Below the pieces are notes generated by a model, which worked only from the letters and a program-made list of their open reading frames with translations, searched no databases and was not told the DNA's origin. 64,000 bases of DNA from an uncultured Verrucomicrobiota bacterium (GTDB taxonomy: Bacteria; Verrucomicrobiota; Verrucomicrobiia; Limisphaerales; UBA9464): positions 17,357 to 81,356 of the forward strand of contig CAIXUG010000081.1 of assembly GCA_903922605.1 (NCBI GenBank), given 5' to 3'. Position 1 is the first letter of the stretch. Each line of letters starts with the position of its first letter. Made by a program: the position numbers and the translations under genes. This document shows, in pieces, positions 55,060 through 64,000 of the stretch.

Positions 55060-58000
55060 GCGGCGGGCGTAACCGGGGCGGAAAGGTTGGGAGAATGGTC
55101 GTGCCGGCCGTACACCAGCAGGTAGGCGGCGGGCACGATGAACACCGTCAGCACGACTGAAAGTGCCAGGCCGCCGATGATCGCCAGTGCCAGCGGCGCG
55201 TAGGCTTCGCTGCCCGCGCCCAGTTTCAGGGCCATGGGAATTAGGCCGATGAGCGTGGCCAGCGAGGTCATGAGCACCGGTCGCAGGCGCACCCGGCAGG
55301 CGGTGATGACCGCCTCCCGCACCGGCTTGCCGTCCTCGCGGAGCCGGCGGATGAACTCGACGATGAGGATGCTGTTCGACACCACGATGCCGACCATCAT
55401 CACAATGCCCATCAGCGACATGACGTTCAGGGTCGTGCCCGTCAGCCAGAGGGTGACCATCACGCCGGCCAGCCCGGTGGGCACGGCCAGCAGGATGAGC
55501 AGGGGATCCATGAACGACTGGAACTGCGCGACCAGGATCAGATAGACGAGCACCACTGACAGGATCAGGCCGAGGCCGAAGCTTTTGAACGACGCCTGCA
55601 TGCCCTGCACCATGCCCCGCACCGTGACGCGCGCGCCTTCGGGCAGGGGGGTGGCTGCGAGGATTTTCTCCACGTCCTTGCGCAGGCGGCCGAGATCCTC
55701 GCCCTTCGGCGAGACGTAGACGTCGATCACGCGGCGCAACTGGTAGTGATCTACCTCCGTCGGCGCGTGCATGTGCTGGAGACTGCTCATCGTGTCCAAA
55801 CGGGCGGCGTTGACCGCCTTGCTCGAACGGATGGGGATGGCCTGGAGGTCGGCCAGATTCTTCACGGTGCCCTCGGGATATTGGACGGTGAGCAGGTAAT
55901 CGTTCCCGCTTTTTGGATCCACCCAGAAGCTCGGCGCAATCATCGCGGCGGAAGTAAGGGCGGTGATGACGTTATTAATGACCTCCTTGGAACTCAGGCC
56001 GAGCTGCGCGGCGTGTTCACGGTCCACCTTCAGCTGCAACGCCGGATAATCCACATCCTGGGGCACCAGCACGTCGTTCACGCCCGGCAGCGCCAGCAGC
56101 TTGCGGGCGATCTCGTTGGCCGTGTCGTGCGCCGCCTCCAGGTTGGAGGCACTGATCTGGATGTCCACCGGCGCCGGGAGACCGAGGTTGAGCACGGCAT
56201 CCACCAACCCGCCGGTCTGGAAGTACGCACTCAGCTCGGGCAGCTCCTTGCGCACCCGGGCCCGCACCCGGCGGATGTATTCGTTGCTGCTGAGCCGGTG
56301 CTTCTCCTTGAGGCTGACCTGGACGGTGGAGGTGTGATGGCCGGAGTTGCTCGTGTACATCGCGGAGAAGTCCGGCTGCACGCCGATGTTGGCCACGATG
56401 ACGCCCAGTTCTTCGGGCGGAACCTCTGCCCGGATGATCTTTTCCACCCGCGCGACCAGCTCCTCCGACGCCTCGATGCGCGTGCCGGTCGGGGCCTTGA
56501 GGTTGATGGTGAACTCGCCCGGATCGGTGGCCGGAAAATACGAAAGCCCGATGAACGGAACCAGCCCGAGGCTGAGCACAAACACGCCGGTGATGCCCAG
56601 GGCCGTGGCCAGGGGGCGGAGCAGCGAGCGCTTCAGCACGTGCTCGTAACGGTCCAGCAGGGCGTGGAATTTGCGGTTGAACCACGCGTTGAAGCCGCGT
56701 CCGGCACCGTCGTCGTCCTCGTGGTCATGCGCCTTCTTGATCAGTTTTGCACAGAAGAGCGGCACGACCGTCAGCGCCACGACGTAGGAAGCGAAGAGCG
56801 AAATGACGACGGTCAGCGCCAGCGCGGTGAACAGGAACTTGCTGACGCCGTAGAGGAAGGTCACCGGGAAGAACACCACCACGGTCGTCAGCGTGGCCGC
56901 CAGGACCGGCAGCGCCACCTCGCGGCCGCCCTTTTCCGCCGCGACCTCCGGCGTCTCACCCAGTTCGAGATGGCGGAAGATGTTCTCGAGCACGACCACC
57001 GAGTTGTCGATGAGCCGCGAGAAGGCGAGGGCCAGGCCGCCCAGGACCATCGTGTTCACCGTGCCGCCGCCGAGCGAAAGCACGAAGAACGTGGCGAGCG
57101 CCGAGAGCGGGATGGAGAGGAACACCGCCAGCGTCGCGCGCGGACTGCCGAGGAAGAGGAGGATCATCGCGCCCGTGAGCACGAGGCCGATCGCGCCCTC
57201 GTGCACCAGGTTCTTGATGGCGTTGCGCACGAAAATCGACTGGTCGAACAGCACCTTCGCGACAAGCTGTTTCGGCGTGTCCACGAGGTTGGCCACCCGC
57301 TCCTTGATGCCATCCACCACGGCGATCGTGTTGGCGTTGCCGCCCTGCTTGAGCACCGGCAGATAGACCGAGCGCTGGCCGTCCACGCGGACCACGTTGT
57401 TCTGGATCTGCGCCGAGTCCTTCGCCTCGCCGACATCGGCCACGAGCACGGAGGAGTTGCCGACAGTCTTCAGTGGCAGCCGGTTGATCTCATCGATCGT
57501 GTCGAGCTGGCTGTTGGAATAGAGGTTGTAGTCGTAGGGTCCGATCCGGACATCCCCGGCGGGCAGGATGAGGTTGGAGTCGTTCACCGAGCGCACCACA
57601 TCCATCACGCTGAGCTGGTGCGCCTCGAGCTTCAGCGGGTCCACATAGACCATGATCTGGCGGTATTTGCCGCCGAAGGGCTGCGGTACCGAGGCCCCGG
57701 GAACATTCGCGACCTGGTTGCGGACCGCGTACTGGCCGACGTCGCGCAGCTGCGTTTCGTTGAGCCCGTCGCCCTTGAGCGTGATGAGGCACACCGGCAG
57801 GCTTGACGCGTCGAACTTGAGCACCACGGGCGGCAGCGTGCCGGGCGGAAGCCGCCGGAGGTTGGCCGAGGCCAGGTTGGCGATGGTGCTGACGGCGGAG
57901 TCGGCATTCACGCCGGGCTGGAAATACACCTTGATGAGGCTCACGCCGTAGAGCGAGCGCGACTCGATATGGTCAATGCCGCTGGCCAGCGTGAAAAAAC

Positions 58001-58199
58001 GTTCGAAGCGCCCGGTGATGTCGTTCTCGATCTGTTCCGGCGGCATGCCCGAATAGAAGGTCGCCACCACCACCACCGGGATGTTGATCGGGGGAAACAG
58101 GTCCACCGGCATCCGCACCAGACTGGAGAGCCCGATCACGGCCGTCAGCAGGCAGGCAACGATGATGAAATAGGGATAGCGGATCGAAAAGCGGGACAT
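55056..58199 (-). CDS. RND efflux transporter permease (AcrB/HAE family)
   Basis: About 1047 aa with a 12-TM layout and two large periplasmic loops. The N-terminus MSRFSIRYPYFIIVACLLTAVIGL is typical of the family. The ORF extends to 58241 but the start at 58199 is preferred. Confidence 0.93.
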   Translation of the reverse strand: MSRFSIRYPYFIIVACLLTAVIGLSSLVRMPVDLFPPINIPVVVVATFYSGMPPEQIENDITGRFERFFTLASGIDHIESRSLYGVSLIKVYFQPGVNADSAVSTIANLASANLRRLPPGTLPPVVLKFDASSLPVCLITLKGDGLNETQLRDVGQYAVRNQVANVPGASVPQPFGGKYRQIMVYVDPLKLEAHQLSVMDVVRSVNDSNLILPAGDVRIGPYDYNLYSNSQLDTIDEINRLPLKTVGNSSVLVADVGEAKDSAQIQNNVVRVDGQRSVYLPVLKQGGNANTIAVVDGIKERVANLVDTPKQLVAKVLFDQSIFVRNAIKNLVHEGAIGLVLTGAMILLFLGSPRATLAVFLSIPLSALATFFVLSLGGGTVNTMVLGGLALAFSRLIDNSVVVLENIFRHLELGETPEVAAEKGGREVALPVLAATLTTVVVFFPVTFLYGVSKFLFTALALTVVISLFASYVVALTVVPLFCAKLIKKAHDHEDDDGAGRGFNAWFNRKFHALLDRYEHVLKRSLLRPLATALGITGVFVLSLGLVPFIGLSYFPATDPGEFTINLKAPTGTRIEASEELVARVEKIIRAEVPPEELGVIVANIGVQPDFSAMYTSNSGHHTSTVQVSLKEKHRLSSNEYIRRVRARVRKELPELSAYFQTGGLVDAVLNLGLPAPVDIQISASNLEAAHDTANEIARKLLALPGVNDVLVPQDVDYPALQLKVDREHAAQLGLSSKEVINNVITALTSAAMIAPSFWVDPKSGNDYLLTVQYPEGTVKNLADLQAIPIRSSKAVNAARLDTMSSLQHMHAPTEVDHYQLRRVIDVYVSPKGEDLGRLRKDVEKILAATPLPEGARVTVRGMVQGMQASFKSFGLGLILSVVLVYLILVAQFQSFMDPLLILLAVPTGLAGVMVTLWLTGTTLNVMSLMGIVMMVGIVVSNSILIVEFIRRLREDGKPVREAVITACRVRLRPVLMTSLATLIGLIPMALKLGAGSEAYAPLALAIIGGLALSVVLTVFIVPAAYLLVYGRHDHSPNLSAPVTPAA

Positions 58200-58212
58200 G
58201 GCGCAGGTCGGT

Positions 58213-58926
58213 TCAGGTGCCGGGAGTGGCGAGTCGGGCACGGGCCGTCACCGCTTCGCGCAGTTTCGGCAGGGTGACGTTGTCATCGGCGCACAACGCC
58301 AGGATGCGGCGCTCATGCTCCAGGAACCGTTCAGCGGCGGCGGGCAGGCGATCCCCGATCCCGGCTGGGATCTGCAGCACCCCGTGTGCGTCCCCGTGAA
58401 GCCAGTCCCCGGGCCGGATCTTCAGGCCGCCGATCTCGACCGCCGCGCCCACCTCCACGATGTGCGAGTAGGAGTGCGAGACGACCGTGCCGGCCGCGAA
58501 CAGGGGGAACCCGGCCGAGCCAATCGCCGGCAGATCACGCACGCTGCCATTCGTGACCGCGCCAACGCAGCCCAGCTTGCGCAGGATCGCGCCATGGATC
58601 TCGCCCAGAAACGCGCCGGCGCCCGCCGGTGTATCCACGTCCTTGATCACGACCACGCGCGGTGCGGGCACGCTGAGAATGTGGTTCCACCAGTCCGTGT
58701 GTTCGGGATTGGGGCCACCTTCGACCGGCGGTCCCGAGCAGCGGATGGAGACGGTGACCGCGTGGCCGACCATGGGCGCCAGCTGCGGGAAAAGGCAGCG
58801 GATCGCGGAGTTGCAATAGCCCTCGTTGCGCAGGCGGACGGCGAAGCTCTCCACGGCGTTCGACAACGTGCAGCTGTCGAACTTGCGGAGGGCGACGAGC
58901 AGCTCGGGGGGCATCGTTGCAATCAT
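58213..58926 (-). CDS. RraA-family protein (RraA / HMG-CHA aldolase / demethylmenaquinone-methyltransferase-like fold)
   Basis: VVVIKDVDTPAGAGAFLGEIHGAILRKLGCVGAVTNGSVRDL...FPLFAAGTVVSHSY...VEIGGLKIRPGDWLHGDAHGVLQIP. Confidence 0.8.
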   Translation of the reverse strand: MIATMPPELLVALRKFDSCTLSNAVESFAVRLRNEGYCNSAIRCLFPQLAPMVGHAVTVSIRCSGPPVEGGPNPEHTDWWNHILSVPAPRVVVIKDVDTPAGAGAFLGEIHGAILRKLGCVGAVTNGSVRDLPAIGSAGFPLFAAGTVVSHSYSHIVEVGAAVEIGGLKIRPGDWLHGDAHGVLQIPAGIGDRLPAAAERFLEHERRILALCADDNVTLPKLREAVTARARLATPGT

Positions 58927-60110
58927 AAGGCACCCACCACGAGCGTGGTGTCCCTGAGCTTGGGCTCCACCTTCTGACCGGCCTTGACCCGGCCGGCGGC
59001 CCCGAGCAGGACGAGGTCGCCCTCCTTCAGGCCGCTGAGAATCTCGGTCTGGACGGGAGTTTCGAGGCCGATTTGGACGACGCGCTCTGCCACGACGCCG
59101 TCGGCTCCCACCGTCAGCACGGAAAGGCTTTGCCGGCGGTTCACCGCGTCAATGGGCACCACCAGGACTTGATGCCGCTGCTCGGTCTGGAGCAGTGCGG
59201 AGGCATACATGCCCGGGACGAGTGAGAGGTCGTCGTTGGCGACGTCGGCCTCGACCTGCATGGAGCGGGTCACCATGTTGACTTCGTGACTGAAACGGGC
59301 GATGCGGCCCTCGAGCTTGCGCCCGTCTTCGAGCCGGATCGTCAGCAGATCATTGGTGCGGATCAGACCGATGTGGCTGACCGAGACCGGAAAGACCAGG
59401 CGCAGATGATCCAGCTGCGCGAGCCGCACCAGCGCCTTGGCCTGACCGCTCGGCGAGGTGCCGCCCTGCACTAGGTCGCCGGGATTGGCGTGAAGCTCCG
59501 TGACCACCCCGTCGAAGGGCGCCAGCAGCCGCGTGTCGGCTTCCTCCGCGAGGAGGCGGTCGAGTTCGAACTGCGCCACCTGCACCTGTTCCTGGGCGGC
59601 GGTCGCAGCGGCGGCGGCGGCCCGCTCTTTCGAGCTGGCGGCATCCAGGTCCTGCGGGATCACCAGCTTGGGCTGGGACTGGGCGACGGCCTGCAGCCGG
59701 GTGAAAGCCAGATGGACCTCCTCATACGCGATGCGCGCGCGCTGGCTGTCCGCCTCACTGCGCCGCAAGGAGGCGCGGGCGCGGGCGAGATCTTCCTTGA
59801 GCAGCGGGATGTCCAACTCGGCGAGGACCTGGCCGGCCTTCACGCGGTCGCCGATGTCCACGTCCAGCGCCCGCACGAAGCCGGCAACGCGTGCATGCAG
59901 GTCCACGGCGAAGTGCGGTTGGAATTCCGCCGCGAAGACCAGCTCCCGCGCGAGATCACTGCGGGTCACTTTCGCCGCCGCCACCACCGGGCGGGAAGTC
60001 TCCGTAGCATCGGTGGAATGATGGCCGCAACCGCTGCACAGCAGGGCGGTTGCAGCCGCCAGACCGGCCAGGGCGCGGAAGCTGAAGCGGCGATAGAGGG
60101 GAGGTGACAT
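58923..60110 (-). CDS. RND efflux periplasmic adaptor subunit (lipoprotein)
   Basis: Trimmed to MSPPLYRRFSFRALAGLAAATALLCSGC (lipobox). HlyD_D23-type motifs (GFVRALDVDIGDRVKAGQVLAELD). Its stop overlaps the RraA-like start (ATGA at 58923-58926). Confidence 0.88.
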   Translation of the reverse strand: MSPPLYRRFSFRALAGLAAATALLCSGCGHHSTDATETSRPVVAAAKVTRSDLARELVFAAEFQPHFAVDLHARVAGFVRALDVDIGDRVKAGQVLAELDIPLLKEDLARARASLRRSEADSQRARIAYEEVHLAFTRLQAVAQSQPKLVIPQDLDAASSKERAAAAAATAAQEQVQVAQFELDRLLAEEADTRLLAPFDGVVTELHANPGDLVQGGTSPSGQAKALVRLAQLDHLRLVFPVSVSHIGLIRTNDLLTIRLEDGRKLEGRIARFSHEVNMVTRSMQVEADVANDDLSLVPGMYASALLQTEQRHQVLVVPIDAVNRRQSLSVLTVGADGVVAERVVQIGLETPVQTEILSGLKEGDLVLLGAAGRVKAGQKVEPKLRDTTLVVGAL

Positions 60111-60129
60111 GGAAAAAGGGCTCAAGGGT

Positions 60130-61527
60130 TCAGGCGGAAAGGGCGTTGGTGGCCAGCGGCAGATGCACGCGGAAGCAGCTGCCCCGGCCTTCGGTGCTCT
60201 CCACCTCCACCTTGCCGTGGTGCGCGGTGCAGATGGCCTTGACGATGGAAAGGCCGATGCCGGCCCCGCCGAGTTCGCGTGTGCGGGCCTTGTCCACACG
60301 GAAAAAGCGGTCGAAGACGTGCGGCACCGCCTCGGTCGGGATGCCCATGCCGTTGTCGGCCACCTCGCACACGGCCTCGCCATTGCGCGCCGTGACCGAC
60401 AGTTTCACCGCCCCGCCGTCGGGTGTGTATTTGATGGCGTTGTCGAGCAGGTTGACAATGACCTGCTTCAGCCGGGCGCGATCGCCGGCGACGAACACCG
60501 GGGCGGGCGTCTCGCAGGTGATGGTGAGGTGCTTGTCCTCGGCGAGCAGGCACATCTGCTCGGCGGTTGTTGCGGTCAGCTTGGCGAAGTCGAACTGCGC
60601 CACCTCGGTCTGTGCCTGGCCGGCATCAAGGCGGGACAGGGCGAACAGGTTCTCGACAATGCGGGCCAGCCGCGCGACTTCCTCAAGCAGGTTGTCCACG
60701 GTCTCCCGCTGATCGGGTCCCAGCCCGTCGCGCCGCACCATCACCTCCAGCTCGCCGCGCAGGATGGTCAGCGGCGTCCGGAGTTCATGGGAGGCGTCGG
60801 CCAGGAAGCGGCGGTTGTGCTGGAAGGCGTCGTCGAGGCGCTCGATCATCCGGTTCAATGCCTGCGAAAGATGGGCGAACTCGTCGCCCGTGGCCGGCAC
60901 CCGCAGGCGTTCGCCGAGGTTTTGCGAGGTGATCCGCTCGGCGCTGTGGATGATTTCCTCGACGGGGCGCAGCGCCCGGCGCACCAGCAGAAACCCGCCG
61001 CTGAGCGCCACCAAGACGACCACCACAAACCCCAGCCCCAGCGAGACCAGCAGACGTCGCAACTCGGTGAGTGCCGGGGCGAAGGATTCACCGGTTTCCA
61101 CCAGCCAGTCCGGCCCGGCGGCGACGGTCACCAGGATGACCACGGCCCCGTCCGCCAATTCCACCTTGCGGACACCGGGCTGTCGCAATGGGGCGGGAAT
61201 CTGCGCGGGGCTGAAGCTCAGGTCGCTGGGTGGCCCGGACTGAAAAAGCACGGTACCGTCCGGCTTCGTGATCCGGATGAAGCGGCTGCTGGCCTCGGGC
61301 GCAAAGCTCGCGTTGATCTCCTCCGCCAGGAGGCGGCCGTTGCCGTTGCCCGTTCGCCGCACCAGGCTGACGATGCGGTTGGCCCGGAGGGTCACGGAGG
61401 CTGTGAGGTTGCTTTCGAGATATTGCCGCAACCCGAAATAAAGCAGCACCCCGGTCGCGGCGAAGGCGACCGTCAGCCAGAGCGCATACCAGCGCATCAG
61501 CCGAAACCGCAGCGAATGCGTGTTCAC
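60130..61527 (-). CDS. Sensor histidine kinase (two TM, periplasmic sensor, HAMP, HisKA, HATPase_c)
   Basis: H-box FLADASHELRTPLTIL, N-box LLDNAIKYTP, G-boxes VADNGMGIP and GGAGIGLSIV. The GTG start overlaps the regulator stop (GTGA at 61524-61527). Confidence 0.9.
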   Translation of the reverse strand: MNTHSLRFRLMRWYALWLTVAFAATGVLLYFGLRQYLESNLTASVTLRANRIVSLVRRTGNGNGRLLAEEINASFAPEASSRFIRITKPDGTVLFQSGPPSDLSFSPAQIPAPLRQPGVRKVELADGAVVILVTVAAGPDWLVETGESFAPALTELRRLLVSLGLGFVVVVLVALSGGFLLVRRALRPVEEIIHSAERITSQNLGERLRVPATGDEFAHLSQALNRMIERLDDAFQHNRRFLADASHELRTPLTILRGELEVMVRRDGLGPDQRETVDNLLEEVARLARIVENLFALSRLDAGQAQTEVAQFDFAKLTATTAEQMCLLAEDKHLTITCETPAPVFVAGDRARLKQVIVNLLDNAIKYTPDGGAVKLSVTARNGEAVCEVADNGMGIPTEAVPHVFDRFFRVDKARTRELGGAGIGLSIVKAICTAHHGKVEVESTEGRGSCFRVHLPLATNALSA

Positions 61528-62207
61528 TCGTCCTCCTCCCCGTCGCTCAGGCAATAGCCCGAGCCGCGGATGGTGCGGATGAGCTTCCGCGTGAACGGTT
61601 CGTCCACCTTCGCGCGCAGGTGCCGCACGTACACATCCACGATGTTGGTCAGGCCCTCGAAGCTCTCGTCCCAGACGTGCTCGATGATCATCGTGCGGCT
61701 CAGCACCCGCCCGGCGTGCGCGGCCAGGTATTCCAACAGCGCATATTCCTTCGAGGTAAGCTCGATGCGTTTCCCGCCGCGCCGCACCTGCTGGGTCAGG
61801 CGGTCTATTTCCAGGTCGGCCACGTGCAGCGAATGGCTGCGGTTGGTGGCGGGCCGGCGCAGCAGCGCCTTCACGCGGACCAGCAGCTCGGCGAAGGCGA
61901 AGGGCTTGGTGAGGTAGTCGTCGGCCCCCGCCTCGAAATTTTCCACCTTGTCCGCGGTGGCGTCCCGGGCGGTGAGCACCAGCACGGCGCAGTTGCCGCC
62001 CTTGCGCCGCAGGCGCCGGAGCAGCTCCGTGCCGTTGAGGCCCGGCAGCATGAGGTCGAGAATGATCAGGTCGTAATCGATGCCCGACGCCATCTCCCAG
62101 CCGGTGAGGCCATCCGTGGCCACATCCACCGCGAAACGCTCCGCCCGCAGCCCGCAGGCCACGAAGTCGGCAACTTTCCGCTCATCTTCTATGAGTAATA
62201 GACGCAT
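61524..62207 (-). CDS. OmpR-family response regulator
   Basis: MRLLLIEDE...DLIILDLMLPG, with winged helix LTSKEYALLEYL...VDVYVRHLRAKVD. Trimmed by 7 codons. Confidence 0.92.
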   Translation of the reverse strand: MRLLLIEDERKVADFVACGLRAERFAVDVATDGLTGWEMASGIDYDLIILDLMLPGLNGTELLRRLRRKGGNCAVLVLTARDATADKVENFEAGADDYLTKPFAFAELLVRVKALLRRPATNRSHSLHVADLEIDRLTQQVRRGGKRIELTSKEYALLEYLAAHAGRVLSRTMIIEHVWDESFEGLTNIVDVYVRHLRAKVDEPFTRKLIRTIRGSGYCLSDGEEDE

Positions 62208-62393
62208 TTGGATTTCAACCGTGTCCATACCGTACAGCCCCTTCGTTAAACGAGGCTGAACGTCTCATTAAAATCCGTTCAGATTCTTCCGTTGGACCGG
62301 GGGGATATGGCAGAACACAAATTGTCCTATGGTGGAAATGACGCGTGGACCGGGGTTCCGGTTAGCGCGCGGCCACACGGGACGCCTGTTTTT

Positions 62394-62888
62394 ATGAAGC
62401 CATTCCCCTGTCTGTTTGCCGCTTTCGGCCTGTCGGCCGGCTGCGCCACCTATGACCAGCACCTCGTGCTGGAATCCGTCGGGCCCTCCGCCGAGCCGGC
62501 TCCGGCGGCCGGGGCCAATGGCTCGCTGATCGTCTATTCCGCCTTTGACGGCCACCTCACGGCGGCCAGCGATGGCGACCATCAGCGCCATTCGGACTAC
62601 CGGCTGTTGGCCGCCGGGGAGAACCAGCCCAAACGCATCCACAATGACTCGGGCACGGTGTGGGAAGGGCCGGTGCCGATCGTCTTGCCACCGGGGAGCT
62701 ATCGCGTCCTGGCTCCCGCCAACGGCTATGGCACCGTGACGGTGCCGGTCGTGATTGCCGCGGGGCGGGTCACGACCGTGCATCTCGAAGGCGGCGACCC
62801 CTGGCCGAACAAGTCGTCCTTCACGGCCGCCAACGCGGTTCATTTGCCGGACGGGCAGATCGTGGGGCTGCGGGCTGCAGTCCAGTGA
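62394..62888 (+). CDS. Lipoprotein of unknown function
   Basis: MKPFPCLFAAFGLSAGC (lipobox) followed by a beta-rich domain (GSYRVLAPANGYGTVTVPVVIAAGRVTTVHL, carboxypeptidase-regulatory-like). Confidence 0.6.
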   Translation: MKPFPCLFAAFGLSAGCATYDQHLVLESVGPSAEPAPAAGANGSLIVYSAFDGHLTAASDGDHQRHSDYRLLAAGENQPKRIHNDSGTVWEGPVPIVLPPGSYRVLAPANGYGTVTVPVVIAAGRVTTVHLEGGDPWPNKSSFTAANAVHLPDGQIVGLRAAVQ

Positions 62889-62931
62889 ATCAGTAAGCGA
62901 TTTAAGAAATGTCGTGGCCGAGCCCCTAGCC

Positions 62932-63597
62932 TCAGGGGTTTTCGCCTGCGGCCGGGGAAGCGGCGAGCATTTCGGCCTGATGGCGCTGCCGCAGCAGGTC
63001 TTCCCAGGCGGCATATCCGTTGCGCGCCTTGAACAGCTCGTCCGCCGTGGCTGGACGTCGCGGGGGAGGGGATTTGGATTGGCTTTCGTCGGGTGCAGGA
63101 ACCGCACTCCCCGCACTCTCCGCACTCTCCGCATTTCCACCTGCAGCTGAACCTCCGGAGGTCCCGGGGGGCGGGGGCGACGCGGAGCCTTCGGTGTCCG
63201 CCGAATTTCCGTCTGCCGCAGCCACAACTGACGACGTCTGCGAGAGGGCAGGTTCGGTGAGAAGGCGCTGACGCTGCAGCCGCGAGAGCATCCGATCGGC
63301 TTGTCCTGCACCCACCTGGCCCGCCGGCGAAACGCCCGGGTTTCCGAACATGATCCGGTTCGTTCCGCTGCGGTCGGCCACCAATGCCCAGCGTTCCTTG
63401 AACTCGACCGCCAGCAGCCGGACTCCGTCGCGATCTTCCCCGGGCGTCAGGGAAAAGTATCCGCTGGCTGTGCCGTCCGAGAAGAAGGCCCGGGTTTCGC
63501 CGCCAATCCGCGACATGCCCGTGAGCACGAGCGGAGCGCCCCAGACCGTGCCAAGGGCAAGGTTCAGGATGCAAAGGGCTTGGGCCAGGCGGAGCAC
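62932..63597 (-). CDS. Secreted hypothetical protein with a low-complexity Ala/Ser/Gly/Pro linker
   Basis: Signal-like N-terminus MLRLAQALCILNLALGTVWG. In-frame 9-nt tandem repeats (AESAESAGSA). No recognisable family. Confidence 0.5.
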   Translation of the reverse strand: MLRLAQALCILNLALGTVWGAPLVLTGMSRIGGETRAFFSDGTASGYFSLTPGEDRDGVRLLAVEFKERWALVADRSGTNRIMFGNPGVSPAGQVGAGQADRMLSRLQRQRLLTEPALSQTSSVVAAADGNSADTEGSASPPPPGTSGGSAAGGNAESAESAGSAVPAPDESQSKSPPPRRPATADELFKARNGYAAWEDLLRQRHQAEMLAASPAAGENP

Positions 63598-63814
63598 ACC
63601 ACGGAAGTAGTGCCCGGGGCCGGGCGGTTCAAGTTACGTGCCGGCAACAGAAGCGGCTGGCCCAAGGATTTGAAGGCCTGGGCGTGACCGTAACCTGCTG
63701 TGGGCACGGCCTGAATCGGCATGGCCGGAAACTGCTTTGTGGTGGCCGCAAAGCGCAGGTGAGGTCGCCTCGGACTCCGTAACCTGACGCGGTCCTGAAA
63801 CACGCGCACACATC

Positions 63815-64000
63815 ATGAAGTATCGTCTGTCCCTCGCCCTGATTGCCGCCGTAGCCACCATTTCCCGGCTGGCCGCCGCCTCGTTCGGATTCCAAGCCAC
63901 CAACGTGCCACCGGATCTGCTGATCGGTTTCCGGCAGACGGGCGGCGTTTCGGAACTGGTCGCAGACCTCGGCCCGGTCTCGCGGTTCTATAGCGCGATT
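63815..64000 (+). CDS. Secreted hypothetical protein, N-terminal part (runs off window)
   Basis: Manual translation gives MKYRLSLALIAAVATISRLAAASFGFQATNVPPDLLIGFRQTGG..., a clear signal peptide. The frame stays open to the window end. Confidence 0.5.
   Translation, partial: MKYRLSLALIAAVATISRLAAASFGFQATNVPPDLLIGFRQTGGVSELVADLGPVSRFYSAI

Noticed and set aside
55746-57806. 686-aa ORF antisense to the RND pump gene
   Set aside because: This is a shadow ORF opposite a 12-TM AcrB-family gene. Its composition is His/Arg/Asp/Gly-rich without hydrophobic structure.
62923-62942. Weak hairpin cccct-agcctc-agggg followed by tttt, after the lipoprotein gene
   Set aside because: The stem is only 5 bp and overlaps the stop of the convergent gene. 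That is not enough evidence to annotate a terminator.

Overview
This is a high-GC chromosomal segment. Hand counts on sampled lines give about 60-66% G+C. It carries about 50 protein-coding genes and no rRNA, tRNA, CRISPR array, transposase or integrase that I could recognise. The gene content suggests a diderm bacterium, most plausibly Verrucomicrobiota (Opitutales-like), but that taxon call is inference only. The supporting genes are a PEP-CTERM protein, prepilin-type N-methylation proteins, ECF sigma factors fused to large extracytoplasmic domains, and TolC, RND and porin genes. All calls come from motif and architecture recognition in the supplied translations. No database search was run. 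Housekeeping and recognisable blocks, in order: glmS; argS; ptsN; a 5'-3' exonuclease; mcsA-mcsB-clpC; a MacAB-like ABC efflux cluster with two permeases; an M48 protease; a glycosylation cluster; olsB-olsA; a porin-pstSCAB-phoU operon; and a two-component system followed by an RND efflux operon. Most noteworthy observations: (1) A 1.5-kb island of much lower GC sits immediately downstream of glmS. It encodes one orphan protein with a coiled coil and two TM helices, and is a candidate acquired stand-alone effector. (2) A tandemly duplicated module pairs a divergent pilin-like gene with a large polytopic GT-C-like membrane protein. GT2 and methyltransferase genes sit alongside, and a 19-nt motif is conserved upstream of both pilin genes. 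(3) A roughly 145-bp segmental duplication has grafted the McsA zinc-finger N-terminus onto a DUF952 protein just upstream of mcsA-mcsB-clpC. (4) An RraA-family gene is translationally coupled inside an RND efflux operon. (5) Two ECF sigma factors are fused to transmembrane and large extracytoplasmic domains, one with a cysteine-less thioredoxin fold. (6) Several intergenic GC-rich inverted-repeat elements are present, and an 11-bp-phased GTTACG array lies upstream of the pst cluster. Many long ORFs antisense to real genes are GC-driven shadow ORFs and were rejected.
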